Origin: Paraspadella gotoi
Lineage: Eukaryota; Animalia; Chaetognatha
Assembly: GCA_051294375.1 (NCBI GenBank)
Contig: CM119265.1
Coordinates: 28,615,248-28,679,247, forward strand
DNA length: 64,000 nucleotides
Direction: 5' to 3'
The position numbers and the translations under genes were made by a program. The notes beneath the pieces are model-generated. The model made no database searches. It saw only the letters and a program-made list of their open reading frames with translations, and had not been told where the DNA came from. Shown here piece by piece: positions 37,771 through 51,460 of the stretch. Positions within the stretch are counted from its first letter, which is position 1. Every line of letters begins with the position of its first letter.

Positions 37771-38999
37771 TTAAACAAACTAAAATATTAAATTAATTCA
37801 GATTAAAATGAATAAAGAAGTGAAATTTAGATGAAATGGAAATAAAGATGTTGAGGGATATGTAGTGAAAGAGTAAGTAAAAAATAGAAAAAGAAAAAGC
37901 TCAAAATGAGCTGGCCCCCCCGGGTCAACAATGGGGGATGCTGACGATGTGGTCGGGTCATTGATTTGTCATAGGCTGAGAGGCTATTGTGGTGAAGTGC
38001 GACATGGACGGGTCCGGTAGAGAGCCAGGCGGAAAGAGGCCAAGTGCAACTTGAATATCTCTTAGGCCTGATAAACCTGCCGACGGCCCTTTGTCTTGCC
38101 TGTTGGCGAGGCGGGCGGTGGTCTGTTTTTGCCTGTTTTGCAACGGGAATTACAGACTCCTTCTCCTCCTCCTGTAACTGTCTTTTGGTGGGCGCCCGAT
38201 CCGAGGAGTGTCGGACTGGGTTGTTGCAGGAGAGGATGAGGCATCGGACATCCCTTGCGTATTAGGAGGTTTCGCCTGACCCATTGAGTGGGGACAGGGG
38301 AGTCATTGTGGGGCTGTGGTGGAGAGGGGCGCTCCACCACACTTTTAATAAGCGAATCAGAGCTAGGAGGGAGGTCGAATCGTCCTCCATCACGAATCAG
38401 AGAGGGCTCGAGGGCTTTGATGGAAATCGCCTCTCTAATACCTCTTGAGAACCAGTTTGNNNNNNNNNNNNNNNNNNNNNNNNNAATAAGAGAAAAAAAA
38501 ATAATATTTTAAGAAAATTTAAAGTATGTGTTAAATTGGTTAACATGGTTTTAACAATATGAATAAATGGAAGATGGGTAAAAGGTAAAAGATGACTATA
38601 TAATACATACAAATAAACTAAAACAATTATATCTTAAAATTTGATACAGTTTATATAAAAGTTAACTGAAGTTGACTGTTTAATTTTATTAACTGTTATA
38701 CTTGAACTAATTAAAGTAAGTGTAACCTTTCAATTTATATTGAAGCATCTCAATGTTTAATTAAGTATAAATATTATTTTAATATGATTAGTATAAAAAT
38801 GATAATATCTACTTATTAAAATAAACAATAAATAATAAAAGTTGGAATACTAACATTTATTTAACTTTATGTTTTTATCCTAGTTCAATATGTATATGAA
38901 ATAGGATTATATTATGAAATGGTACAACAAATATAAACATTATATATTATCTGTTTCACTTTGCTGGTTGTATTAAACACTTGTCGATCCAACCTTTGT

Positions 39000-39800
39000 T
39001 TCTGAAACTTTAAGAGGACTTGATTTCAACTATTCAACAATTCCTTACGGCTCAAGGTCGATGAATTGGACTTTGATTACTCTGTTGATTGTGAGAAAGA
39101 AATAAAGAGGAAACAGGGATGTGTAAGAGGATAAATGGTGGCCTGTAAAGGAGAAGTTTTGGCAGAGTCTGCATGGGAGGATCTGAAAAGAACTTAAGGG
39201 ATTTTAGACCTCTTAAGGCTGATAAAATTTTGGAAATAAATTTATTTGGAATTATCACAGGATATTTTGGACTGACTGTTGATGCCAGATGAAAGATGAA
39301 ACATACTGTCCATCGCATTCCTTCACACAGAAACAACGTCATTGGGTGACCTTATACCACCCATAGACAATTGGATATAGTTGGTTTTAAATCATTGTTG
39401 GGAAAATTTGCGTAGGAATAACAGTAAAATTTGAGAGAAGTGGTCATGCCATTAAGTCGATGGCCAAGAGTACCGTCCGCTTCTAATAAGGCAATAAGGA
39501 AGAAAAGACCTACCATCGCTTATTGATATTTTACTGGTGATAAAAACCGACATCTTATGCGCCCCCATTGGAGTTGTTCTCCTTGTTGGAAGCCACATTT
39601 TCGTCACTACTTGGTCGGCAGTCCTGTACATGTCTGTATGGACAGCCATATAGTTTCATACTGGGGGTTAGTATGGACATTTGTAGTGAGCGAGCTGCTA
39701 CAGCTATAGCTTATATTCAAGATTTTGATATCACTGCCGTTTATATCCCGTCTTTTCTCAACAATGCAGCTGACCCACTTACTCGTCAGTTGCACTCATA
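39000..39800 (+). mobile_element. Heavily degraded retrotransposon pol (RNase H, possibly RT)
   Basis: Across frames: LELFSL, FRHYLVGSPVHV.MDS, IQDFDITAVYIPSFLNNAADPLTR, like the gypsy/DIRS RNase H end (YIPGxxNxxADxLSR). Confidence 0.6.
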
Positions 39801-42800
39801 CGATGCGCGGACAGATTCGCCAATAAACGGGAATGTCTTCTGCGACATGTCTTTTATAACTCACTAGGTGATATTGTTCACCCTCCAAGTCTCTTCTCAA
39901 GTGACAAAAGGAGAGCAATGAACCTAAACGTTGAGGGAGGAAAAAAAGGGGCCCTTGGCTTACTTAAAAATAAAGAAATAAGTTCATCTCCCCCTGAAGG
40001 AGAAAATATGTTTGGAAACGAGCCAATCACGTACTCACCATTACTGGGCAAAGATCAACATGTGGAACGCATGTTGGGTGATCCTTACCCCCCTGTTCCC
40101 GCTGGGATAAAAAACGGGCGTCTAACAAGACGTAAATCTCATTTATAAATCTTATTTACGGACTAGAAGTTCCCCATACACAAAAGGAAGAAAAACGAAA
40201 ACGTATATTCTGATTCTGAAAATGATTTTGATTCTGATTCTAATGATGTTATTGAAAACGAAAGAGCACAAATAGTCTCTTCTGATGGAATTACTCCGCG
40301 GGTATTTCTGTTTTGGAGATAAATGATGATTACAAGGGTATCATCTCCCTGAACTCCAAGACCCATATCTGGCCAAAATAAGCTTTTACAGTCGACTCTC
40401 CCTCCATAGTAAAATGGAGGAAATGGGTTGATGACCCGTCTACAGTACCTGATAAAATGAGAGTCTTTGCTTAGACTCAACTGATCTTACTATTGTAAGA
40501 CATCTAACGTTGTTCAAATACAACGTCCAAAACGTCTTATATAGAATTTTTGTGAAAGAAAAGGAGTCACCAGACACACTGTGTACTGCGTCGATAAGGA
40601 CTACCTGATTTGAATCTAATTGAAAATTCATAAAAGTTTATGGTCACTGCTCTACTCAGACCACGCTTAAATTAATGGCAGATAAATATTATACGCCTGG
40701 TATAACTAGAATGATCAAGATCAAACAGGCGATGTCACATTTCGTATTAACTATAATATCAAGTAACCCTTAAAGGGGTTGTCCTCTGGCATGCTTTCTG
40801 TGGGGGCCCCCTCCAGTATCCTCTCCTAGATCTTTGGGCCCGCTGCAAGGATCTTCAGGGAGCGGGCAGCACCTGCACCTGTTACATCCATGAGTGGTTG
40901 TGATTATTTTACAAGAGAATGTTGTCTGTTTTCCATGGTGGTGCTTCTGCCGAAGAAGTAGCAAAGTTTTCTTTAAACACTTCAAATCCCATGGTATTTG
41001 GATTGTGCAGTGCGTGACGGATAAATATGTGAGACGGAAAAAACATATGTTTGTAAAGTTCTTCAGTGCTTTGGGGGAGTGAAAGTGAGATAAAGTGTTA
41101 AACATCTCAAAACCTGAAGAAAAAAAATTGAAAATTTTGCGATGAGGGTAGTGAGTGGATTACATCATAGAAAAATTTTTACGTTCAATTCAATTTCATT
41201 TTACTTAAATAATAAGCGACATTTCTTTTGTTTTGTTTTCTTAATGTTTTCTCTTTAAGAATCCCAACAGCTCCAGGATCCAAACACTCATTAAAATACA
41301 GACCGGAAGTTGGCCGCAAGAATAGCGGGCTACAAGCTCAACAAATGTGCTTAAATGGCGCCACAAAGTTACGACCACAGAGTATGTCGACACACAAGTT
41401 ATTCAACTTACAACACAGTTTGAAGATAGAACTGTTACATTTGTTTGAAACTTACGAATTGCCAATCGTCTCTCCATTAACACAAAATAAATGGCTAGGT
41501 ACAGGATCCAGCTATGTATCACCGATAATTGAAAGGATTGTTAATGATATTTTATTTAACTATAACACAAAGCTTCGTCTTCTCTTTAAAGTAGAAATAA
41601 AACAAGATATATATTGTTTACGTATAATAGAGCATCAATTTTTAAATATCATATGTTTCGATTTCTTAAAAGTGATATGAGAGAATATGTTAAGTTAAAG
41701 TGATACTGCCAACACAAAGATAAATGATTGTTTCATTTTATTTCAAACATCTTATCCCAGGTAATAATAATGAATAATTATGCATTTAAAACTTAAGTTA
41801 TTGAAATAGCTTTCAGATGAGGTAAAATTTTACCCATGCGATTTAGTTGTAATGTATGATGGGCCACTTTTACGTATGAGTATGTGACGACTGACTGACC
41901 GACTTATAGACTTGGGTATTACTTTTCTCTTCTAGATGTTCTATGAATTCTAACTTTTATTATATATACTTAAGAACAATGCTTTCTCAAATGATTAATG
42001 AAACCCGTATTGATAATATTAATGAATATTCTTTTAAAAAATTTTTTATTAACTTAAATGGTAAATGCATACAATAATAACATATTTGTTTTGCAATTGT
42101 TATGTTGTGCTTTTCCTGTTATATGCTGCACCCCTCACGTTCTGTTATTTTTTCATATATACTCTTCACGCCTTACACGCGTTGTTGTTGTCTTTTTCCT
42201 TTTTGTAAAAGAAAAGAAAAATATATAAAACGAAACTTAAGTTAATATTCCATTTATGTGATGGATAAAAAATGCAGTTTACATTTCAAAGAAAATTTTG
42301 TATCTCTATAATAATAAAATAAACGAGATTTTTATGGCATTTTTTTGGAAAAAAGAGGACGCGATGGAGTGTGACATGTTTTTAAAATTTTGGAAAAAAA
42401 ATTGCTTGAATTGCATTGCACCAGAATCTTGCCAATGATTATGAACTACATAACATTCAGCTCATATGTGTGAGACGGAACAATCTTAATACAGGCGGCA
42501 GTGACCTCCTGGTGACCAAAGGTCAAAGTCAAAGTTTACGAGAAAGGTCACATTTAGACGATTTGATCAACGTTATTTTATTGTGACACTAACATACATG
42601 GGAAGGCAAAGTTAATTAAATTTAATTAAATAAAATTGGTTAGTGTCTATTAATTCACCCAGTAAAAATTAAAAAGCATTCCTATTTCGTGAATTCACTC
42701 ATATTTAGAGAACTCTAATCACCGCATATGTTTAAATCGGTGATCACTGCAGCAGGACTGCAGGACTGATTCTCAAACTATTGTATCTTAGGCAATCAAC

Positions 42801-43977
42801 GGTAAAACAGTTATCAAATATGTCATAATTATTATCAATTACTTATCTTATTTTGAACTTTATTGAGAGGTATTAATTCTATTCATTTCAATTATCAACT
42901 ACTTATTATATTTTATTGATATTGTAATTTGATCAATCAATTGTCAATCACTAATTATTCTTAAGGTTTAAGGATAAGTGCGAACGACAACAGATGATCC
43001 CAATTGTTCCTAAATCTAGGCGTTTTCCTGGCCAGCCCATGTCGAGGATCCCATAGTTTTACTTCGATCGCGCATTGGTCGAAGGCAGGTTTATTTCAGA
43101 AGTAATAAGTTCGATCACGCTTTGATCGAAGCAGCTGTCAATCGCGAGTCATAAAAAAATATAAAATTTTGATTCAATTTTATTAGTGAGTTTGGATAGT
43201 GTAGTTCGCAAAAGTTTGAACGTTGAATTCGATTATTAGACAGCTATTTAAAGTAATCTAAACAAATTTTCAGATCCAGTTTCAAAGCTATGACCAATGG
43301 CGTTACGTACGTCCGTCAGATTTAGGACGAGGTTGCAAGGAAATATGTAACCAGTTTATTGTTGTTTCAGTTTTAGTATGCCAAATGTTTGGTTTGATGA
43401 TTGTTTATAGATACTGCTGAGTTTAATTTGAATTTCTGCCAGAACTGTTTTTTCTTATGACGCGTCTCTTTTTAGTTATCTATGACTATTGTAGCGCATT
43501 TATCCGATTGGTTTTAATTCCAATATATTTAGGCGCGTTTACCTTTTACTTTACTCCTAACTTATTTGCGGCATAGCTTACACCTTGTATGACGGTGTAC
43601 CTTTTTGCTTATTGTTTTAACATTGTTTCTTGCCCTTCAATTTTGTTTTACTTTGATATAATTATTAAATTCACTTTAAGTGAATTAATTATATTTTAGG
43701 AGGCCGGTGTCAGAATATTTAAATATTATACAAAATCTCGTGTCTTAGTTTACAAAATACCCTCGCCGGAATTTGTAAACAAATGTTTTTGGTTTTCGAT
43801 CGCTTTGTAATTCTTCGTCGTGATTTTGGCCGAGTAACAATTTGGTAATTCTCTCCGTTTTATTTTCTTTTGTTTTACCTTATTTAATATAAACTATAGT
43901 TGAATTACTCAATCCTCTATTAATATATTAGGCTAAATAGATTCGTCAGTTATTACAGAGTAGGTAATAAGACGACA

Positions 43978-44882
43978 ATATTTTCTATTGCAAAAATAAA
44001 ATAAGGATTATATAAAATTTAGGTAAGGTCAACTAAATTTTTTTTTTCATAATTATTAAATTTTTGTTTCCGCTACAATAAGAGATAGGAATTTTTTTGC
44101 CACTTTCGCGCTGCAAAGAAAAATTAATGACTATCACCATTCAAATTCTTTGATGATAGACCCTTAAGCTTATGATATCATTTTTATCACTGGGTCCCTT
44201 AAACAAACTAAAATATTTAAATTAATTCAGATTAAAATGAATAAAGAAGTGAAATTTAGATGAAATGGAAATAAAGATGTGAGGGATATGTAAGTGAAAG
44301 AGTAAGTAAAAAATAAGAAAAGAAAAAAGCTCAAAATGAGCTGGCCCCCCGGGTCAACAATGGGGATGCTGACGATGTGGTCGGGTCATTGATTTGTCAT
44401 AGGCTGAGAGGCTATTGTGGTGAAGTGCGACATGGACGGGTCCGGTAGAGAGCCAGGCGGAAAAGGCCAAGTGCAACTTGAATATCTCTTAGGCCTGATA
44501 AACCTGCCGACGCCCTTTTGTCTGCCTGTTGGCGAGGCGGGCGGTGGTCTGTTTTTGCCTGTTTTTGCAACGGGAATTACAGACTCCTTCTCCTCCTCCT
44601 GTAACTGTCTTTTGGTGGGCGCCCGATCCGAGGAGTGTCGGACTGGGTTGTTGCAGGAGAGGATGAGGCATCGGACATCCTTGCGTATTAGGAGGTTTCC
44701 GCCTGACCCATTGAGTGGGGACCGGGAGTCATGTGGGGCTGTGGTGGAGAGGGGCGCTCCACCACACTTTTAATAAGCGAATCAGAGCTAGGAGGGAGGT
44801 CGAATCGTCCTCCATCACGAATCAGAGGAGGCTCGAGGCTTTGATGGAAATCGCCTCTCTAATACCTCTTGAGAACCAGTTT
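43978..44882 (+). repeat. Near-identical duplicate of 37550-38459
   Basis: Differs mainly by single-base indels; the first copy ends at an N gap. Confidence 0.85.
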
Positions 44883-45190
44883 GGGTCATGGGACAGCACA
44901 AAGACAGTCAGTTTCTCTGAACAGATGGCCAGTATTAGCCAAATGCTCTGCTACTGCCGACAGGAAGTGACCACGTGAGTCACGGTAAGGCTTTGTGTGC
45001 TGTTTGAACCGATCTGTCAGAGACTTCCCCGTCTCACCCACGTATGCTGCTGTGCAGGCTTGGTTGCCCGCCCCTGCACAGGCCGCCCAATAGACGGCTC
45101 CTAAAGTTTTCGGTCTGGGGATTTTGTCTTCGGTTTCACCAAATGCTCATGTAAAAAGCCGCGGGTCGTCACTGAAGTGGAGATCCCCTT
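44760..45190 (-). pseudogene. Penelope GIY-YIG endonuclease remnant
   Basis: GAVYWAAC..C..AYVGETG..LTDRFKQH...SAVAEHLANTGH...WFSRGIREAISI...RDGGRFDLP, read across frameshifts. Confidence 0.8.
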
Positions 45191-45459
45191 TCAATCACAT
45201 TTCTCTCTCTCTCTCTACCAACTAAACCTGTCTCTCACATTTTACCACTGTCCTGTCTCACATCTTTGTTGGCCATTTCTTCTCTCTCTCTCTCTCTCAA
45301 AGTCAATTTGGAACACATGAAAATTGTGAATTGTCAAAGCACTGATGAAGGCTTGAATGAAAGCCGAAACTTTTCTCTTCCATAAAATAAAATCGTTGAT
45401 GTAACAAGACTTTGTCTTTAATTTCAAATAACTCAAAACACAAGAAAGTTTTATCACAA

Positions 45460-45599
45460 TGATAAATTATGCAAAAAAAAACGATGTCCGTCTGTCCGTC
45501 CCACCTTAACAAAAATACCAATTACTCGTGATTGGATGGATGGATTGGAATGAAATTTTGTATGTGGGGCAGTTCCGACATTGTTTGCTCAAACTTGTT
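45460..45599 (+). mobile_element. 3' part of the split HINE-like element
   Basis: GTCY repeats and CAAACTTGTT end. Confidence 0.7.
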
Positions 45600-46250
45600 A
45601 GACATACGACTGAGTGTATCTATCTATTTTCGCTTTATGTAATAAAATATGATCGAATTTTTTCAAACTTTGCAGTATTCCTAATTAAAATTTAATGATT
45701 ATTTACCAAAATAATGTCTATTTTAGATTATTAATTAAAAAAAAAAAACTTAAAAAAATTTGGTGGCCAAGATTTATCACTTCCCAATAATTTATTCCTC
45801 TTTGCTCATTAGTCTACTTCCTCCATTAGATTTCATTTTGAGAAAACGTTCCCAAGGACATCCAAAGGTATAAGCAACACGAACCTAATTAATAAAAAAG
45901 AAGATCTCGAGAGAGATTTGATCTAAATAATAGAGTGATTTGAAAATAATAAAATTTTATAAAATTAAAATTTAGCATATAGTGTAGAGAGACTTGGCTC
46001 TCCCGCGTTGCGAGGTAGGCGTGGCTTGTCGTGAGAGAGACGTAAACGTAAATCTGACGGATCTCGAACATCGAAAATATCTCGTAGAGAAAAGACTCGA
46101 AAACGGAACCAAATAATAAAAATATAAATGTAAATATGTAGACACTTAGACCGATTTATTCATATTGGAATAAACCGTCCCCGACCAGGATTCGATCCTG
46201 TGATCTAAGGTCATAGAAGCCTAGATTTATAGCTATATAGCTATATATAG

Positions 46251-46822
46251 TAAGGCGTAGTGAAAGTTACATACGAAAATTCTAAAAGTCAATTATGAAC
46301 AACATACCATCAGTGAACATTAATTTGTAAAAAAAAATAATTTTATGTTTTTTTATTTTCGCAGTAGGCTATATTTATATATAGTACTATCCTTATAAAA
46401 TCGAAAAATTTCAAAATAGGCTTTTCTTATTTTGATTGCAGATTTGAATTTCTCGTCAAAAGTTGATAAAAGAAAATATAAATCATTTTTAAAAATTATT
46501 TCATTAAGTGGGTTAAAAATTTAAAAAACTATATTTAATATATAAAAAGTTAATTTTCAGTTTATAATATAGCTTTTTCTAATTTTTGACCCACTTAATG
46601 AAGGAATTTTTCAAAAAGAGTTATATTTCTTTTTAACTACTTTTTATCACAAATCCAAATCTGCCAAATAATCTTAGAAAAAACTGTTATGAAATTTTAA
46701 CATTTATTGGTTTAGTACTAGTATAAATATGGCCTACTGCGTAAATTGTAAAATTTATTATAAATTTTTTTTATGCATAAATGTTAATTAAAGTTAAACT
46801 TAAGAATTTTTACTACGCCTTA
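46251..46822. mobile_element. TAAGGCGTAGT MITE
   Basis: Both TIRs present; body matches 32077-32689. Confidence 0.8.
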
Positions 46823-47279
46823 ATATTGGGGGAGGAGCAAACGTTAAATAAAAAGATTTACGTTTATTTTCCGACTGAGGACGTATTTAAATGACGTAAT
46901 AGTATAATTACAAGATTTTTTAAGCTCCATTCAGCTAACAAATTTTTTTCAAATCTTTGCGCATTACGAATAAATTTACCATAATATGCAAATTAGGTCG
47001 AACCAACTAAAATTTTTTTAAACATTGAAGTTTTCGATGAATTATGATAAATAACGATAATTATTATTGCTAAACTAGTTCAAACTAAACTATTCTCGTT
47101 AACAATTCTTAATAACACATTTTCATAACATAATTACTATTTAATTCTTATCTAAATACGCTAACTACTTAGCTACAAGCAAAAAAATAAAGAGCAAAGG
47201 CTTACTGAATATTATTGCTTACTAAAGAATCAGGTCATGGTTTTAAATTTAAACAATCAAGAACATGAACAAAGTCACC

Positions 47280-48260
47280 ATTTCGACATGTTTTCTATAT
47301 GTAACTTTGTCAAAGTAAATCATAAGGTTATCACTGTATGCTTGAGAGGTTAGTTTTTTGTAATTCTGTTTCAAACGAAAAATTTGTGAGTTTTTGGGAA
47401 AGGAAAGCAGGAATCACGTGCGTAACGAACCTCAAAATACAGTCTTTCAACTTTCTCCTCTTCAGAAACAGAACTAGTTACGTATAGTCTAACTTCCTCA
47501 CTAGAAACGAACGGGCCTCCCATGACTTTCAACTTTACGAGATCTGCGTTTCGACGTCGGTCCAAGCTAACTTGCTGGATTTCTTTTTGGCTAAATCCTT
47601 CTTTTTGTAATTGAATCTGTTTGTTTTCCCATTCTGAAACGATAGCAGGCAATACTTTTTTACTCTCCATCTGACGAAATGAACTCGAAATTTGTTTTCC
47701 TTGTGTCAGATGTATTGACTTTCCAAGAACATGTGCTGTTGAAGCTGTGGAAAGATTTTTAGCACCACGGATTTTCAGCTCATAATTAATAGAACCTACG
47801 GAGCGCTCAGCATCTAAGTTGTAACTGGTGCCGAATTTAATTTCTGTTCATCCATATTTTTAACAGAAAGATCACTTGGTTTGAATTCTCCAAAAAAAAT
47901 ACATCACCCCTCTGCTTCTGCCAGCCATCAGCTAATCGTTTTGCAATAATTCTTAAAAGTTTGATTACTTCAACTCGGTAATGTTCGGCGGCCGAAAAAT
48001 TGAATCTAAAATTTCTTTTTCGTACTTAACTTCTTTGAAAATTGAAGTAGAAATAAAGTCAAGAGCAGGCTCATTATGCTGCAAATAATTTTCCGCTGGA
48101 ACACTTAAAAGGTTTGAGTATAATTTGGGAAAAGCAGTATTTAAATCCTTGTATGTCGTTTTTGAAGAAAAGTAAGCTTTGCAAATGGTTCTATTAAATG
48201 GATTCCAAGAAGAGCTCCAACGGACGCAAAAAACTCGCAAAAATTCATAATATTTTGTCG
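47280..48260 (-). pseudogene. Frameshifted transposase-like ORF remnant, superfamily undetermined
   Basis: Collinear fragments including NLDAERSVGSINYEL and KLKVMGGPFVSSEEV...RLYFEVRYARD; no introns. Confidence 0.45.
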
Positions 48261-49636
48261 AATTGCTATGCTAATTATTTTATGAAATGTTAGTTACGTC
48301 TAAAATTCACGTCCCCGAGGGAATTGAGCGATGCTCCGGCCCCTATTAATATATAGCTATATAGCTAGTTATAGCTATATCAAAAATTCCTATTTAAAGC
48401 TTTAATAGAAATAGATACCTTTTGTTTTTCCCAGATTTAAACTCCTTATCTGCAGGGGTCCTAGTGATTTAAATCTGTTTTGTTTATTATATTTTCTTTT
48501 GATTTGTAACTGAAATTGATTCAGTCTCGATTTTTATATCATGAATAAATGACAAGCTTTTATCACCTCGTTTTTAATCTATATCATCTAATTTAAAGAT
48601 ACATTATCAGAAAGATGAAACAAACAAGTTAAATCAATTAAACTGTGATAAATATTGAATCAAAAATAAACTGACAAAATCTATCACGATTGTCACACTT
48701 TCCCTGCAACGTCATTATTAAATAAATGATGTCATTCAACGCCAACGTCTTAGTCCTGTGCCAATCCAGTTGACAAGCTCACTCGTCAAGCTGTGGCATG
48801 ACTCCTGCACCTTGTCACAAATATAATCGAGCAGTTAATCAAGGAGAAAATCTGACGTAAATCAAGCAAAATAATCGTAAAAAAATCCAGAGAAAATAGT
48901 CGACGTCCGTAAAAATAACCGTGAGAAAACAGTTTGTCCAAAGAAAATCGTAAGCAAATCGTGATCAAAGTGTACGAATCACGGTCTGTCTGGTATTAGA
49001 GAAAAAGGGCGGGAGAAACCGGTAAGAGAGAGAGAGAGTGCGAATTAGTTGTACGGTCAATATCAGTCCGGTCAACTGGTCAGTCCAACGAACTTGGTCT
49101 CTCGTCCTTCGTCCGTCAATCTCTTGGTCGGTCTTTCGGGGCCTTTCTCTACATATAGAATATAAAAATAACAGGTTTGAGCAAACAATGTCGGATCTGC
49201 CCACGATCATTATCAGTAATTAATCAATTAATAATTAATTAATTCAAGTTAATTAATTAATTAATTAATTAATTGATTTTAATTTAATTTAATTTTTGAT
49301 CCGAAATGTTTGTTTTGATTGATTAATTGACTGATTAATTAATTATTAATTGATTAATTACCGATAATGATCGTGGGCAGATCCAACATTGTTTGCTCAA
49401 ACCTGTTATTTTTATATTCTATATGTAGACAAAGGCCCCGACAGACCGACCCACATAAAAAATTTCAGGTCAATCGCCCCATCCACTCATGAGCAATTGG
49501 TGTTCAAATATTGAAATATATTTTTTTTCTTTTTTTCCATTTAAATTCATTTCCACTCAGACGATTTCTTCGAAACTTCATATCGAACTCAATCACACAC
49601 TTCCCTACCCACGTCACAAAGAAGCTTACCCGAAAC

Positions 49637-49755
49637 AATATCGAGCCTGAATCGTCTTCGCCGGTAGGCTCGATAACAATATCGAGCCTGAATCGTCTTT
49701 GCCAGTCGGCTCGATAAATATCGAGCCTGAATCTTCTTCGCCGGTAGGCTCGATA
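49637..49755. repeat. 3x ~40-bp tandem repeat, each unit a hairpin
   Basis: ATCGAGCCT-GAATCGTCTTCGCCGGT-AGGCTCGAT units. Confidence 0.85.
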
Positions 49756-50445
49756 CAAAAATCAGGATGACCAAGATAATATTTTAGTATCTGACCGACT
49801 CTTACAACATCAACCACTTGGAATCGTTTTTCTTTATGGTTTTTTTTTTCAGTAAAGAAATGTTTTACATCTCGGACAAAAATGACTAAAATGACTATAT
49901 CTTTAACTTCTTAAATCTTAAACTCTTGTCGTTGTCGTCATTTTTCTGAAATTACTTCTTTCGGATGTTAGTTTTTTGTTTGTTTTTTTTGCCATTTTTA
50001 GTTTCGTCCCGAGTACTCGTAGAGCATTTCAGTTTTTGGTTTGTCGGTATGTCTGTCTATTGGTCTGTCCCACTTATGTTAAAAATGCATATAATTTGCC
50101 TATAGTTAGTTGCTTATTTGTTAAGACAGAAAAAAATATCAAATCTAAGGGATTCATAAAACAAATAAAATAAATAAATGACATAATTTTGATGCAGTGC
50201 ATGTCATAAACATTTTTCATCATGACCTGTCACGTCATGTCATATCATATGATCAAATTGAAATACACATGAAAATAGAGTTCCTGCGGCGCAACACATT
50301 GGAATTACCGTTCTTGTTTTTTTTTTTTTTAGCTCAATTAAGAATTTGCTACTTTCCAATTAGTAAAAAAGTTAGCAAACTAACTAATTAGTCTTTGCTA
50401 AAAATTAGAATCAAAAGAAATCTTTGTGTTTTTTTTTTACTTTAG

Positions 50446-51460
50446 AAAGAGATGGCATGGAAATGGCATGGAAATGGCATGGAGATTAAGGCGTTGCCCA
50501 TCCGACGTTTGAACGATGCTCTTACTTCCAATCGTGATGAGGGACGTTCTTAACCGACTCAACTCAGCCTTAGGAGAGCACCAAAATCTCGATTCGCGGG
50601 CGAATTCTCGATGGAAGATGGAAGCGCCGCCGACGCCGGTTTTTGAGAATCCAACTCTCGGACCAGCGGCGTCGAAGGATCCCGCCCGACCTTTTTTTTT
50701 CCCGCCGAATGCGTCTTCTACGAATGAGTCAAATTTTAAGTCTGCGTCTTTGTTCGCCGATGACGGCGACGCCGGTTTGGAACCGGCGCCGTCGACGGCG
50801 ATCCACTGCGTATCGGCGTCAAACAAAAGCAACGTCGCCGACTCAACTTCGTCTCTCCCTCTTCCCCGATGATTCCGTCTACCAATATTCAAATTTGGAG
50901 TCGATATAGCGTCGCCTAGAGGGGTCTCTCGATGTGTCTCTAGATGTGTCTCTACTTGCCCTGTCTCCCTCTGCTACTTCGGCGGCGTTGGTGGAGGCGG
51001 CGCCGGTGGAGGCGGCGCCGGTTGAGGCGCCGGTTGACGCCGTCGGATCGTCAAGGAAAAGCAACGTCGCCGTCATCGCGACTTTTGGCAAAAACTCACT
51101 GACGACGAAAACGACGACGAAGAGAAAGAAGTAGAAGAGAGAAAATCAAATTTGCGACGTTAGACTCGCTCGAGATGAAAAGAGATAATTCTCATCGAAA
51201 TTGGGAAAAAGTTTTCGACTGAAAGAGGAAGATTCGAGGATGACAAAAGTGTGTTGAACTAAGTTCGGAGAAGTGGCGTCTTTGAATTCTAACTGACTGG
51301 ACTAATTCTGCGCATTGAAGACCAGATGGAGTCGGGTATAAAATGGCGCAGAAGAGACGATGGCGCCGGTCAAAACGCCCTGGAGATGATGACGACAAAG
51401 TCTCGGTAGATGACGTCGGCTAAGGCCGAAAGGACGACGATCTACGAAGCCCAGGACTTG
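50446..51460 (+). CDS. Putative low-complexity coding exon, frameshifted, unknown product
   Basis: T-tract TAG acceptor at 50445, GC-rich island, consecutive + ORFs 50516-50872 and 50934-51134. Confidence 0.3.

Larger units (their letters stand above)
36497..45431 (-). mobile_element. 5'-truncated Penelope-like element with inverted pseudo-LTRs and nested insertions
   Basis: ~240-bp inverted arms (36497-36738 and 45202-45431) with CTGATGA..GCCGAAAC hammerhead cores; GIY-YIG coding remnant inside. Confidence 0.75.

Noticed and set aside
37958-38512. GC-rich ORFs as a host gene (also 44417-44978)
   Set aside because: They overlap the Penelope GIY-YIG C-terminal region and its duplicate.
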